In this document: positions 7,121-15,656 of the stretch, piece by piece
How the letters are laid out: every line of letters begins with the position of its first letter
Position numbering within the stretch: the first letter of the stretch is position 1
Origin: an uncultured bacterium
Lineage (GTDB): Bacteria > Hydrothermota > UBA3073 > NMUJ01
Direction: 5' to 3'
Assembly (NCBI GenBank): GCA_965612795.1
Contig: CBFDTI010000029.1
Location: forward strand, 1-16,000
Length of the DNA stretch: 16,000 nt
Notes under the pieces: generated by a model
The model's input: only the letters and a program-made list of their open reading frames with translations
What the model was told of the DNA's origin: nothing
Database searches by the model: none
Position numbers and translations under genes: made by a program

Positions 7121-7501
7121 TCATACTGTTTTTACGCCCTTTTTCTTTAAATAATCCTCTATTGCAGCCTTTATCCCCTGCTCCGCAAGCAAGGAGCAGT
7201 GCATCTTTATAGGTGGTAACCCATCCAATGCATCGGCAACTGTTTTATTCGTTATTTTTAGTGCTTCTTCGATTGTTTTACCTTTGACAAGTTCGGTTAC
7301 CATCGACGATGTAGCTATTGCAGCTACACAGCCGAAAGTTTCAAATTTTATATCTACGATCCTGTTGTCTTTAACCTTTATGTAAATGTACATCACGTCG
7401 CCACAGATAGGGTTACCTACTTTACCGATACCATCTGCATCCTCTATTCTACCATAATTGCGTGGGTTCTTAAAGTGCTCCAATACCCTTGGACTATACA
7501 T
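7121..7501 (-). CDS. iscU: Fe-S cluster scaffold IscU/NifU-N
   Basis: MYSPRVLEHFKNPRNYG, GNPICGD, FETFGC, LPPIKMHCS; SD GGAGG upstream. Confidence 0.95.
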   Translation of the reverse strand: MYSPRVLEHFKNPRNYGRIEDADGIGKVGNPICGDVMYIYIKVKDNRIVDIKFETFGCVAAIATSSMVTELVKGKTIEEALKITNKTVADALDGLPPIKMHCSLLAEQGIKAAIEDYLKKKGVKTV

Positions 7502-7925
7502 TATTCTCCTCCGTAAATTTTGTATGGATTTCTACGATCCTGGGGCTGAACTTCTCACTACCCCTCAGTTTCTTATCTATCATCCTCAAGATGATGAGCC
7601 CTATGATAAACCCCATCACTCCACCGATAATCTGGGGAATACCTTTACCGATTGCACTACCTATCCCTATTCCTATCAAAACGAAAAGTATTGGCATAAC
7701 GAAGATGAAAAAGGCTGAAGTAAGTGCTGCACTTGATGGGACCGCTACTTTTACTGTATCTCCAATTCTTGCGCCTAAAGGATTGCGTGCTTCTATGATC
7801 CTATCTCCACCAGTTAGTGCGCTACAGAAGGTAGCAGCAGCACATCTGCTGCATTCACCTTTGGGAGTGACCACAACTTTCGCCATAACACCTCTAATTT
7901 CTACCACTCTTCCAATCTCTTCCAT
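7494..7925 (-). CDS. RseC/MucC family membrane protein
   Basis: MEEIGRVVEI...CSRCAAATFC...ARNPLGARIGDTVKV followed by two hydrophobic helices, the RseC architecture. Confidence 0.8.
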   Translation of the reverse strand: MEEIGRVVEIRGVMAKVVVTPKGECSRCAAATFCSALTGGDRIIEARNPLGARIGDTVKVAVPSSAALTSAFFIFVMPILFVLIGIGIGSAIGKGIPQIIGGVMGFIIGLIILRMIDKKLRGSEKFSPRIVEIHTKFTEENNV

Positions 7926-7941
7926 AAGGGCGCCTTGTGTG

Positions 7942-7961
7942 GGGGCGGAAGTATCCGCCCC
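7942..7961. other. GC-rich intergenic hairpin without U-tract
   Basis: GGGGCGGA-AGTA-TCCGCCCC, a perfect 8-bp stem between the YHS gene and the rseC-like gene. Confidence 0.65.
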
Positions 7962-7969
7962 TGTCTAAC

Positions 7970-8152
7970 TCAGCAACAGCTCCTTCGTTTATCTTTCTTT
8001 TCTGGTTGTACGTACCTGTCGGGTTCTTTATCGAACTTTTCCTTACATTCAGAACAACAGAAGTAATAGGTCTTACCTTGATATTCGGATTTTGCCGGAG
8101 CTGCCGCTGTATCTACTTCCATCCCACATACAGGGTCTTTTGCTTTAGCCAT
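7970..8152 (-). CDS. Small YHS/TRASH-domain metal-binding protein
   Basis: DPVCGMEV...YQGKTYYFCCSECKEKFDKEPDRY, C-terminal SCC; SD AGGAGGTG before the GTG/ATG start. Confidence 0.9.
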   Translation of the reverse strand: MAKAKDPVCGMEVDTAAAPAKSEYQGKTYYFCCSECKEKFDKEPDRYVQPEKKDKRRSCC

Positions 8153-8184
8153 CACACCTCCTTTTATTCTAAATTAAGCATTGC

Positions 8185-9369
8185 TCAAGTACGTTGCACG
8201 AGATCATCTTTACCTTTTCCAAAAGGTGAGATTTCTCGTAATTTCTTAACTATATTGGGCAGGACATCGAGCACCTTATCTATATCAGCCTCTGTGTTGC
8301 TCCTTCCGAGGCTAAACCTTAATGAACCATGTGCAAGCTCGTGTGGTATACCCATTGCAATAAGGACGTGAGATGGTTCCAACGAGCCCGATGTACATGC
8401 GGAGCCTGATGATGCACATATGCCTTCTGCATCGAGGTATGTAAGCATCGATTCTCCTTCTACATACTTAACGATTATGTTGGTGGTATTTACAAGCCGC
8501 TTCTCGGGATGCCCGTTTACAAAGCAATCTGGTATCTTTTCAAGAAGCCCTTTCTCAAGCTTATCTCTCAACCTTTGTTCTCTTTCCCACTCCTTTTCCA
8601 CATGTTCCATCGCTATTTCGAGCGCTTTCGCGAGTCCCACAATACCTGCGACATTTTCGGTACCTGCTCTTAATCCTTTCTCGTGACCACCTCCATGGAT
8701 GATGGGATCGATTTTTATGCCCTTCCTTACATACAAAGCGCCTACTCCTTTTGGACCATAAAACTTATGGGCTGACATCGAAAGCAGGTCCACACCGAGC
8801 TGCTCCACATCTACTCGCATCTTTCCAACAGCCTGTATCGCATCTGTGTGAAAATATACTCCTTTTTCTTTGGCAATCTTCGCTATCTCTTCGATGGGTT
8901 GGATAACACCTGTCTCATTATTTGCGTACATTATACTTATGAGTATCGTGTCTTTTCTTATTGCTTTTCTAAGTGCGTCTAAATCCACTATACCGTATTT
9001 ATCGACAGGGAGATACGTTACCTCGAAACCGAGCCTCTCAAGATATTTGCACGGATTTAATACAGCATGGTGCTCAATCTGTGAGGTGATGATGTGTTTC
9101 CCTTTATCCATATTAGCGAAGGCGACCCCTTTTATTGCAAGGTTATCGGCTTCGCTACCTCCGCCTGTGAATATTATATTGCCATTGGATGCATTTATAA
9201 GTTGGGCTACTCTACTACGTGCATCCTCGATAACCTCCTTAGCTTTTTGTGCTATGGTGTAGATACTGGATGGATTGGCAAAATTCGCTGAAAAATAAGG
9301 TATCATCACACTCAACACTCTTTCATCTACGGGTGTGGTTGCATTATGGTCAAGATAGACGAGCTTCAT
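8185..9369 (-). CDS. iscS: Group I cysteine desulfurase (IscS/NifS)
   Basis: [35 protein letters not shown] (PLP Lys), SSGSACTS (catalytic Cys). Start re-called to ATG 9369 after SD AAGGAG. Confidence 0.96.
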   Translation of the reverse strand: MKLVYLDHNATTPVDERVLSVMIPYFSANFANPSSIYTIAQKAKEVIEDARSRVAQLINASNGNIIFTGGGSEADNLAIKGVAFANMDKGKHIITSQIEHHAVLNPCKYLERLGFEVTYLPVDKYGIVDLDALRKAIRKDTILISIMYANNETGVIQPIEEIAKIAKEKGVYFHTDAIQAVGKMRVDVEQLGVDLLSMSAHKFYGPKGVGALYVRKGIKIDPIIHGGGHEKGLRAGTENVAGIVGLAKALEIAMEHVEKEWEREQRLRDKLEKGLLEKIPDCFVNGHPEKRLVNTTNIIVKYVEGESMLTYLDAEGICASSGSACTSGSLEPSHVLIAMGIPHELAHGSLRFSLGRSNTEADIDKVLDVLPNIVKKLREISPFGKGKDDLVQRT

Positions 9370-10036
9370 CTTTAGCTCCTTTTTCAACATTCATGAGCTC
9401 CATCTTTAATTGTTCCAACCGCTTCTCTATCTCCTCCTGTCTTTGCTTTATATATTCGATAGATTTCATTATAGGGTCGGGCAGTTTAGCGTGCTCAAGA
9501 TCTAGTTTTGCTCTCCTTCTGCTCAGGACGACTCTTGCCGGTACTCCAACAACAGTTGCACCCGGTGGAACCGGCTCTATGACTACTGAACCTGCACCTA
9601 TCCGGGCACCATCGCCGATCGTAATTGGTCCAAGTATTATAGCGCCCGCCCCTATCACAACATTGTTACCTACGGTGGGGTGCCGTTTTTTCTTTTCATG
9701 GCTTACTCCACCAAGGGTGACACCTTGGTACATGAGTACGTCATCCCCTATCTCGGTAGTTTCACCTATCACCACCCCCATTCCGTGATCTATGAAAAAT
9801 CTTCGCCCTATTTTTGCGTTTGGATGTATCTCTATACCGGTAAAGAAGCGGTTTATGTGCGAGATGATGCGTGCGAGAAGTTTAAACCCTTTCTTCCAAA
9901 ACCAGTGGGCGATTCTGTGCATCCATATGGCATGGAGCCCTGGATAACAGAGTATCACCTCAAGCGTTGTCCTAGCCGCGGGATCCCTTTCAAATGCTGT
10001 CTTAATGTCTTCCTTCAAAATCCTTAATAACTGCAT
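9350..10036 (-). CDS. cysE: Serine O-acetyltransferase
   Basis: [48 protein letters not shown], hexapeptide repeats. Start re-called to ATG 10036 after SD AAGGAG. Confidence 0.95.
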   Translation of the reverse strand: MQLLRILKEDIKTAFERDPAARTTLEVILCYPGLHAIWMHRIAHWFWKKGFKLLARIISHINRFFTGIEIHPNAKIGRRFFIDHGMGVVIGETTEIGDDVLMYQGVTLGGVSHEKKKRHPTVGNNVVIGAGAIILGPITIGDGARIGAGSVVIEPVPPGATVVGVPARVVLSRRRAKLDLEHAKLPDPIMKSIEYIKQRQEEIEKRLEQLKMELMNVEKGAKDEARLS

Positions 10037-10046
10037 CTTACACTCC

Positions 10047-10880
10047 TTATACTTCAAAAAGGCCCGTGCTCAGATATCTTTCACCAGTATCCGGCAGGAT
10101 AACCACTATCATTTTACCTTTATTATCTGGGCGTTTGGCAACTTCCAATGCTGCAAAAACTGCAGCCCCTGATGAGATGCCACAAAATATACCTTCTTCT
10201 CTTGCGAGTCTTCTCGCCATCAAGGTTGCATCTTCGTCACGTACCTGGATGACCTCATCTATGACTTCGAGATTTAGAACCTCTGGTATAAACCCTGCCC
10301 CTATACCCTCTATTCTGTGAGCTCCCGGCTTACCTCCGGAGAGCACGGGGGAATTAGCTGGCTCCACAGCGATAGCACGAAATGATGGCTTTCTTCTCTT
10401 TATCACCTCGGCTATCCCAGTAATTGTCCCTCCAGTGCCTACACCAGCAACGATAATGTCCACTCTACCGTCGGTATCCTTCCATATTTCCTCCGCTCTT
10501 CTAACTGCACCACGCATTCCTTCCTCTGCTGGAGTTAAAATAATCTCAGCTCCGAAAGCTCTGCAGATCGTTCTCCTCTCCATCGACATAGTTTCAGGCA
10601 TTGTAAGTATCAATCGATATCCTTTAACGGCGCAGACGAACGCTAACCCTACACCTGTGTTACCACTTGTGGGTTCAATTATCACCGTATTTTGGTTTAT
10701 AAGACCTTTCCTTTCTGCATCTTCTATCATACTTAAGCCGATTCTATCCTTTACGCTACCACAGGGGTTGAAAAACTCGAGCTTGACGATAACCTCTGCC
10801 TCAACCCCACTTGTTACGTTATTCAACCTAACCAATGGGGTATTACCAACAAGTTGCGTTATATTCTCTGCTATTTTCAT
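10047..10880 (-). CDS. cysK: Cysteine synthase A carrying an apparent internal in-frame deletion (possibly non-functional, or an assembly collapse)
   Basis: GNTPLV, SVKDR (PLP Lys), [35 protein letters not shown] are present. The QQFxNPAN segment is absent; 277 aa. Confidence 0.9.
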   Translation of the reverse strand: MKIAENITQLVGNTPLVRLNNVTSGVEAEVIVKLEFFNPCGSVKDRIGLSMIEDAERKGLINQNTVIIEPTSGNTGVGLAFVCAVKGYRLILTMPETMSMERRTICRAFGAEIILTPAEEGMRGAVRRAEEIWKDTDGRVDIIVAGVGTGGTITGIAEVIKRRKPSFRAIAVEPANSPVLSGGKPGAHRIEGIGAGFIPEVLNLEVIDEVIQVRDEDATLMARRLAREEGIFCGISSGAAVFAALEVAKRPDNKGKMIVVILPDTGERYLSTGLFEV

Positions 10881-10889
10881 TCTAATGCC

Positions 10890-11327
10890 TCACATTTTGT
10901 GTAAATTATCGCTCAACTTCTTCCTTTGTGAGTTAGCCAGATCTTCCAATGTTATCGAACCCAAAGTTTCCATAAGCTTTTCACTTAGTTTAACCCACAC
11001 ATCGCGAGCTGCACAAAATGTAGATCTCTCGCAAACAGAGGGAAATTTGACACACTCTACAAGCGACATAGGCCCCTCCAAGACCTCGACTATCTCCTTA
11101 AGTGTTATCTGAGAGGGCGGCTTCGCTAATGTATACCCACCATGTACACCCCTCTTTGTACTGATTAACCCAGCTGCACGCAAAGGGACAATAAGATGCC
11201 ATAAGTATTTCTCAGAAATCTGTTGCGTCTCGGCAATCGTCTTCAAAAGAACAGCTCCTTTACCATAATGGTGCGCTAACTCCAACATCAACCTAACCCC
11301 ATAACGCCCCTTCGTTGAAAGCCGCAT
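10890..11327 (-). CDS. Rrf2 family transcriptional regulator (IscR-like, three Cys)
   Basis: MRLSTKGRYGVR, ISEKYL, RGVHGGYTLA, ECVKFPSVCERSTFC. Start re-called to ATG 11327 after SD AAGGAGG. Confidence 0.92.
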   Translation of the reverse strand: MRLSTKGRYGVRLMLELAHHYGKGAVLLKTIAETQQISEKYLWHLIVPLRAAGLISTKRGVHGGYTLAKPPSQITLKEIVEVLEGPMSLVECVKFPSVCERSTFCAARDVWVKLSEKLMETLGSITLEDLANSQRKKLSDNLHKM

Positions 11328-11339
11328 CACCCCTCCTTT

Positions 11340-11400
11340 TCTATTAATTCTATCATTTTGATTAAAATAATTCATTTTTAGTCTAGTCAACTTAAGTTGA
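11340..11400 (-). promoter_or_regulatory. Putative promoter/operator region of the Rrf2 operon
   Basis: AT-rich. TTGACT on - (11390-11385) with TTTAAT 18 nt downstream; perfect palindrome TCAACTTAAGTTGA at 11387-11400. Confidence 0.45.
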
Positions 11401-11483
11401 GGGTATGGTGGATCTTTGGTCTCATCGCAGGTTTTGGGGCGGTGATCAACCGAATCTAAACGGTTAATTAATCTGCGTTACAG

Positions 11484-11512
11484 TTGACGGACCCCAGTAT
11501 ATGCATTATATT
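11484..11512 (+). promoter_or_regulatory. Putative sigma70 promoter of grpE-dnaK-dnaJ
   Basis: TTGACG (11484-11489), 17 nt spacer, TATATT (11507-11512). Confidence 0.65.
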
Positions 11513-11516
11513 ATTT

Positions 11517-12035
11517 ATGTTCCAGACAAAAATGGGCAAGAAGCATTGGACACAGAAGTTAAAGGAGGAGCTTGAATTGTACAAAAATGAGGCCAAACAG
11601 TGGCGTGAGAAGTACCTTACGGTGTTGGCGGAGCTGGACAATTTTCGTCGCCAGGTAGATAAAGAGCGTGATCGCACTCGCAGGGTGGCACAGGAAAAGA
11701 TGATGCTGGCTATAATACCGGTGCTCGATAACCTCGAACAGGCACTCCATTATGTCAAGAATGCGAACGACCTTGATAGCCTCAAGAAAGGTGTAGAGAT
11801 GATCTATTCGCAACTCAGACAGACACTGGAGGAGCTGGGTCTTAGGTGTTACACAAGCGTGGGTGAGAAGTTTGACCCCGAGCGTCACGAAGCACTATTC
11901 ATCGAGGAGACCGACGACCATCCCGAAGGTACGATTATCAAAGAACTTGCACAGGGTTATACATTTAAGGGCCGAGTTATAAGGCCCGCACGTGTTGTAG
12001 TAGCAAAACCTAGAAATAAAAAGGGAAGTGAATAA
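11517..12035 (+). CDS. grpE: Nucleotide exchange factor GrpE
   Basis: [51 protein letters not shown]. The track's TTG start is the -35 box, so the start is ATG 11517 or 11532. Confidence 0.94.
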   Translation: MFQTKMGKKHWTQKLKEELELYKNEAKQWREKYLTVLAELDNFRRQVDKERDRTRRVAQEKMMLAIIPVLDNLEQALHYVKNANDLDSLKKGVEMIYSQLRQTLEELGLRCYTSVGEKFDPERHEALFIEETDDHPEGTIIKELAQGYTFKGRVIRPARVVVAKPRNKKGSE

Positions 12036-12046
12036 AGGAGGTAAAG

Positions 12047-13957
12047 ATGGCCAAAGAAAGAATTATAGGTATAGATTTGGGAACAACCAACTCCTGTGTA
12101 GCAATCGTTGAAGGTGGTGAACCCAAAGTCATACCCAACCCCGAAGGTGAGCGTGTCACTCCCTCTGTGGTGGCATGGAAAGATGGCGAAATACTTACTG
12201 GTTCGTTAGCTAAACGTCAGCAGATTATCAACCCCGAAAACACGATATACTCGATAAAGCGGTTCATGGGGCGTCGCTATAATGAGGTTACCGAGGAGAT
12301 AAAGATGGTGACTTACAAAGTGGTACGTGGACCACATGATGATGCACGTGTGATGATGGGTGGTAAGATGTACTCACCGCCTGAGATATCGGCAATGATA
12401 CTACGTTATCTTAAAAAAGCGGCTGAGGATTACCTTGGTCATGAAGTCAAGAAGGCCGTCATCACCGTACCCGCATACTTTAACGATGATCAACGTAAAG
12501 CTACACGTGATGCCGGCACCATAGCGGGGTTGGAGGTGGTTCGTATCATAAACGAGCCAACAGCTGCATCACTCGCGTACGGTATGGAGAAGAAGAAGGG
12601 AGGTCTGATAGCGGTGTTCGACCTTGGTGGCGGTACATTTGACATATCTATACTCGAGATAGGAGAAGGTGTATTCGAAGTCAAGTCTACTTCAGGTGAT
12701 ACCCACTTGGGGGGCGACAATTTCGACCAACGTATAGTGGATTGGCTCATAGAAGAGTTCAAGAAGGAGCACGGTATCGACCTACGCAAGGACCGTTACG
12801 CATTGCAGAGATTACGCGAGGCTGCCGAGAAAGCCAAGAAGGAGCTATCCAGTATGATGGAGACCACGATCAGCTTACCATTTATAACAGCGGACGAGTC
12901 TGGTCCCAAGCATCTCGAAATTAAACTCACCCGTGCCAAGTTTGAAGCATTGACCGAGGATCTCATCGAACGTATGCGCGGACCGGTTGAACAAGCACTG
13001 AAGGATGCAAAAATCACACCTAAAGATGTAGACGAGGTGATACTCGTAGGCGGTATGACACGTGTACCAAAGGTGCAGCAGTTTGTACAGGGGCTCTTTG
13101 GTAAAGAACCCCAGAAGGGTATCAACCCTGACGAGGTGGTCGCTTTAGGTGCTGCCATACAAGGAGCTATACTCGCAGGTGATGAAAGTGTCCGCGATAT
13201 ACTATTGCTAGATGTGACACCACTCACATTGGGTGTGGAGACACTCGGCGGCGTTATGACACCGATGATCGAACGCAATACCCGTATACCAGTGTCACGT
13301 AAGAAGATATTCACCACAGCTGCTGATAACCAAACTGCTGTCGAAGTACATGTGTTACAGGGTGAACGTCCACTCGCCAAGGATAATCGGTCACTGGGTA
13401 GGTTCATACTCGAGGGTATACCACCAGCACCGAGAGGTGTACCACAGATTGAGGTCACCTTCACTATAGATGCTGATGGTATCTTACATGTCTCTGCAAA
13501 GGATCTTGGTACCGGAAAGGAGCAATCCATCAGAATAACTGCATCGAGCGGACTTACGGATGAGGAGATCGAACGTATGCGCAAGGAAGCAGAGCTACAC
13601 GCGGAGGAGGATCGCAAGAAGAAGGAAGTTATCGACCTACGTAATCAGGCTGATCAACTCATATACACGATGGAGAAGCTACTCAAGGAGCAGGGTGATA
13701 AGATTGTGCAAGCTGATCGCGAAGCTATCGAAAATGCGATAAAAGAACTACGCGAGAAGATGAAATCCGAGGATGCGGAAACCATACGTTCCGGTATACG
13801 GGCGCTCGAAGCTGCTGCACATAAAGTGGCACAAGAGATTTATCGTGCTGCCGGTGTACAGACGCCACCAGGTGGTGCACAGGCGAGTTCAACCCAGCAG
13901 CCCAAAAAGGAGGGTGAAGGCCCTGTAGATACCGACTATGAAGTAGAGAACAAGTGA
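12047..13957 (+). CDS. dnaK: Chaperone DnaK (Hsp70)
   Basis: [59 protein letters not shown]. Confidence 0.99.
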   Translation: MAKERIIGIDLGTTNSCVAIVEGGEPKVIPNPEGERVTPSVVAWKDGEILTGSLAKRQQIINPENTIYSIKRFMGRRYNEVTEEIKMVTYKVVRGPHDDARVMMGGKMYSPPEISAMILRYLKKAAEDYLGHEVKKAVITVPAYFNDDQRKATRDAGTIAGLEVVRIINEPTAASLAYGMEKKKGGLIAVFDLGGGTFDISILEIGEGVFEVKSTSGDTHLGGDNFDQRIVDWLIEEFKKEHGIDLRKDRYALQRLREAAEKAKKELSSMMETTISLPFITADESGPKHLEIKLTRAKFEALTEDLIERMRGPVEQALKDAKITPKDVDEVILVGGMTRVPKVQQFVQGLFGKEPQKGINPDEVVALGAAIQGAILAGDESVRDILLLDVTPLTLGVETLGGVMTPMIERNTRIPVSRKKIFTTAADNQTAVEVHVLQGERPLAKDNRSLGRFILEGIPPAPRGVPQIEVTFTIDADGILHVSAKDLGTGKEQSIRITASSGLTDEEIERMRKEAELHAEEDRKKKEVIDLRNQADQLIYTMEKLLKEQGDKIVQADREAIENAIKELREKMKSEDAETIRSGIRALEAAAHKVAQEIYRAAGVQTPPGGAQASSTQQPKKEGEGPVDTDYEVENK

Positions 13958-15078
13958 TGGCAGTGACGAAAAAAGATTACTATGAGATACTTGGTGTACC
14001 CCGTAACGCCACCAAAGAGGAGATAAAGCGCGCATATAGGAGGTTGGCACTCAAATATCACCCTGATAAGAATCCAGATAACCGTAAGGAAGCTGAGGAG
14101 AAATTCAAGGAGATATCAGAAGCCTATGAAGTACTTATGGATGATCATAAGCGTGCACTATACGATAGATATGGACACGCAGGGCTCGAAGGTACATTCG
14201 GTGACCAGGGGTTCACATGGGAGCATTTCACACATTTCGACGATCTACGTGATATATTTGGTGATTTCTTCGACAACCTCATACGCGATTTCGGTATAGG
14301 GGGGTCGGTCTTCCAGGATCTGTTTGGTACCCGGACACGTGTACGACATCGTGGTGAAGACCTACGTATAGTTTTGCCACTCGAATTGGAGGAGATCATC
14401 AAAGGTACCACAAAGACCATCAAATATACACGACAGGTGATATGTCCCGCATGTAATGGTAGGGGTGGTACCACACAGACCTGCCCCGTATGTAGAGGTA
14501 GAGGACAGGTACAGCGTGTATCTGAAAACATATTCGGCAGATTCGTAAGTGTGACCACATGCCCCGAATGTGGTGGTACCGGCACTATACTTGCAAGCAA
14601 GTGTAACGTATGTGGGGGTAAAGGTCGTGTACCTAAGAAGGAACGTGTTGAGGTACGCATACCAGCTGGCGTTAGGAATGGCGATACACTCACAATAAAG
14701 GGTAAAGGTAACGTAAGTTCTGATGGTGGGCCACCGGGTGACCTGCTTGTCACAATAAACGAGAAGCCGCACCCTGTTTTCAAACGCAAAGGTAACGATG
14801 TATTGCTGAGGTTGGAGGTGCCATTCACCACACTTGTACTTGGTGGTACGATTGAGGTGCCAACACCTGATGGTAAGTCCGTAACCGTGAAGATAGCACC
14901 CGGTACACCCGATGGTAAGGTCATACGACTTACAGGTAGAGGTATACCCAATGTAAATGGTTGGGGACGCGGTGACGAAGTAGTTGAACTACATGTAAAA
15001 ATACCAAAGGATTTGCCACGTAATATCAAAGAGAAGCTTGAAGAGATTGCGCCCTACCTTGTAAGGAAGAAATCGTGA
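13957..15078 (+). CDS. dnaJ: Chaperone DnaJ
   Basis: [12 protein letters not shown] motif, G/F-rich region, four CxxCxGxG repeats; TGATG overlap with dnaK. Confidence 0.97.
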   Translation: MAVTKKDYYEILGVPRNATKEEIKRAYRRLALKYHPDKNPDNRKEAEEKFKEISEAYEVLMDDHKRALYDRYGHAGLEGTFGDQGFTWEHFTHFDDLRDIFGDFFDNLIRDFGIGGSVFQDLFGTRTRVRHRGEDLRIVLPLELEEIIKGTTKTIKYTRQVICPACNGRGGTTQTCPVCRGRGQVQRVSENIFGRFVSVTTCPECGGTGTILASKCNVCGGKGRVPKKERVEVRIPAGVRNGDTLTIKGKGNVSSDGGPPGDLLVTINEKPHPVFKRKGNDVLLRLEVPFTTLVLGGTIEVPTPDGKSVTVKIAPGTPDGKVIRLTGRGIPNVNGWGRGDEVVELHVKIPKDLPRNIKEKLEEIAPYLVRKKS

Positions 15079-15656
15079 CCTTTCACTCCATATAGTTTGT
15101 GTTTGTAAATGTAAGAGATGACGGCATTGGGTACCAAGTAACGGATAGATTCACCACGCATCAACATATCACGTATCATGGAGGATGATATATCAATATA
15201 TAGCGGTAACATTTTACCATTATCTTTTAATATTGCAGGTAACGTACCTTCGTATCCGGGTCGTGTAAATACAATAAGCTTGCAGAGCTTCACAAGCTTA
15301 TCGTGGTCTTTCCACTTGTCGAAAATTAGTGCCTGATCCCAGCCCATTATGAGATATATCTCGGTTGGGGATAGCTTTGCACGGATTTCGTTCACAGTAT
15401 CGATCGTATATGATATACCGCCACGCTTCAATTCCCAATCTAGCACAGTGAAATGTGGGTTATCCTTAGTCGCAAGTTGTGTCATCTTCAACCTATGATG
15501 TTTGCCGATCTCAGTGAACTTCTCTTTTATGGGGGGTATATTAGCTGGTATAAAGAATACACGATCAAGCTTTAGTACAGAATGTGCACGTTCACCGATT
15601 ATCAGGTGTCCAATATGTGGCGGGTTAAACGTACCACCAAGTATGGCTATCTTCAT
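15054..15656 (-). CDS. nadD: Nicotinate-nucleotide adenylyltransferase
   Basis: [22 protein letters not shown]...[18 protein letters not shown]. Confidence 0.95.
   Translation of the reverse strand: MKIAILGGTFNPPHIGHLIIGERAHSVLKLDRVFFIPANIPPIKEKFTEIGKHHRLKMTQLATKDNPHFTVLDWELKRGGISYTIDTVNEIRAKLSPTEIYLIMGWDQALIFDKWKDHDKLVKLCKLIVFTRPGYEGTLPAILKDNGKMLPLYIDISSSMIRDMLMRGESIRYLVPNAVISYIYKHKLYGVKGHDFFLTR

Noticed and set aside
7940..7972. UGA followed by a hairpin at the end of the YHS gene as a possible selenocysteine/SECIS signal
   Set aside because: The apical loop on the coding strand (UACU) lacks the G typical of bacterial SECIS elements, the YHS domain is already complete, and read-through gives no recognisable sequence.
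10435..11112. 225-aa plus-strand ORF opposite cysK/Rrf2, and similar shadows at 7489-7968, 9249-9788 and 4028-4465
   Set aside because: They lie antisense to well-supported genes and have shadow-like composition.
11328..11516. Track starts for the Rrf2 gene (11390) and grpE (11484)
   Set aside because: Both are TTG triplets of -35 boxes. The downstream ATGs fit family N-termini better, and the Rrf2 ATG has a strong SD.
12796..13617. 273-aa ORF antisense to dnaK (also 12490-12789)
   Set aside because: Long antisense ORFs opposite dnaK are a well-known by-product of codon usage. The product is Ser-rich and has no recognisable motifs.
14145..15029. 294-aa ORF antisense to dnaJ
   Set aside because: Mirror-frame shadow of dnaJ; Pro/Ser/Thr-rich with no recognisable domain.
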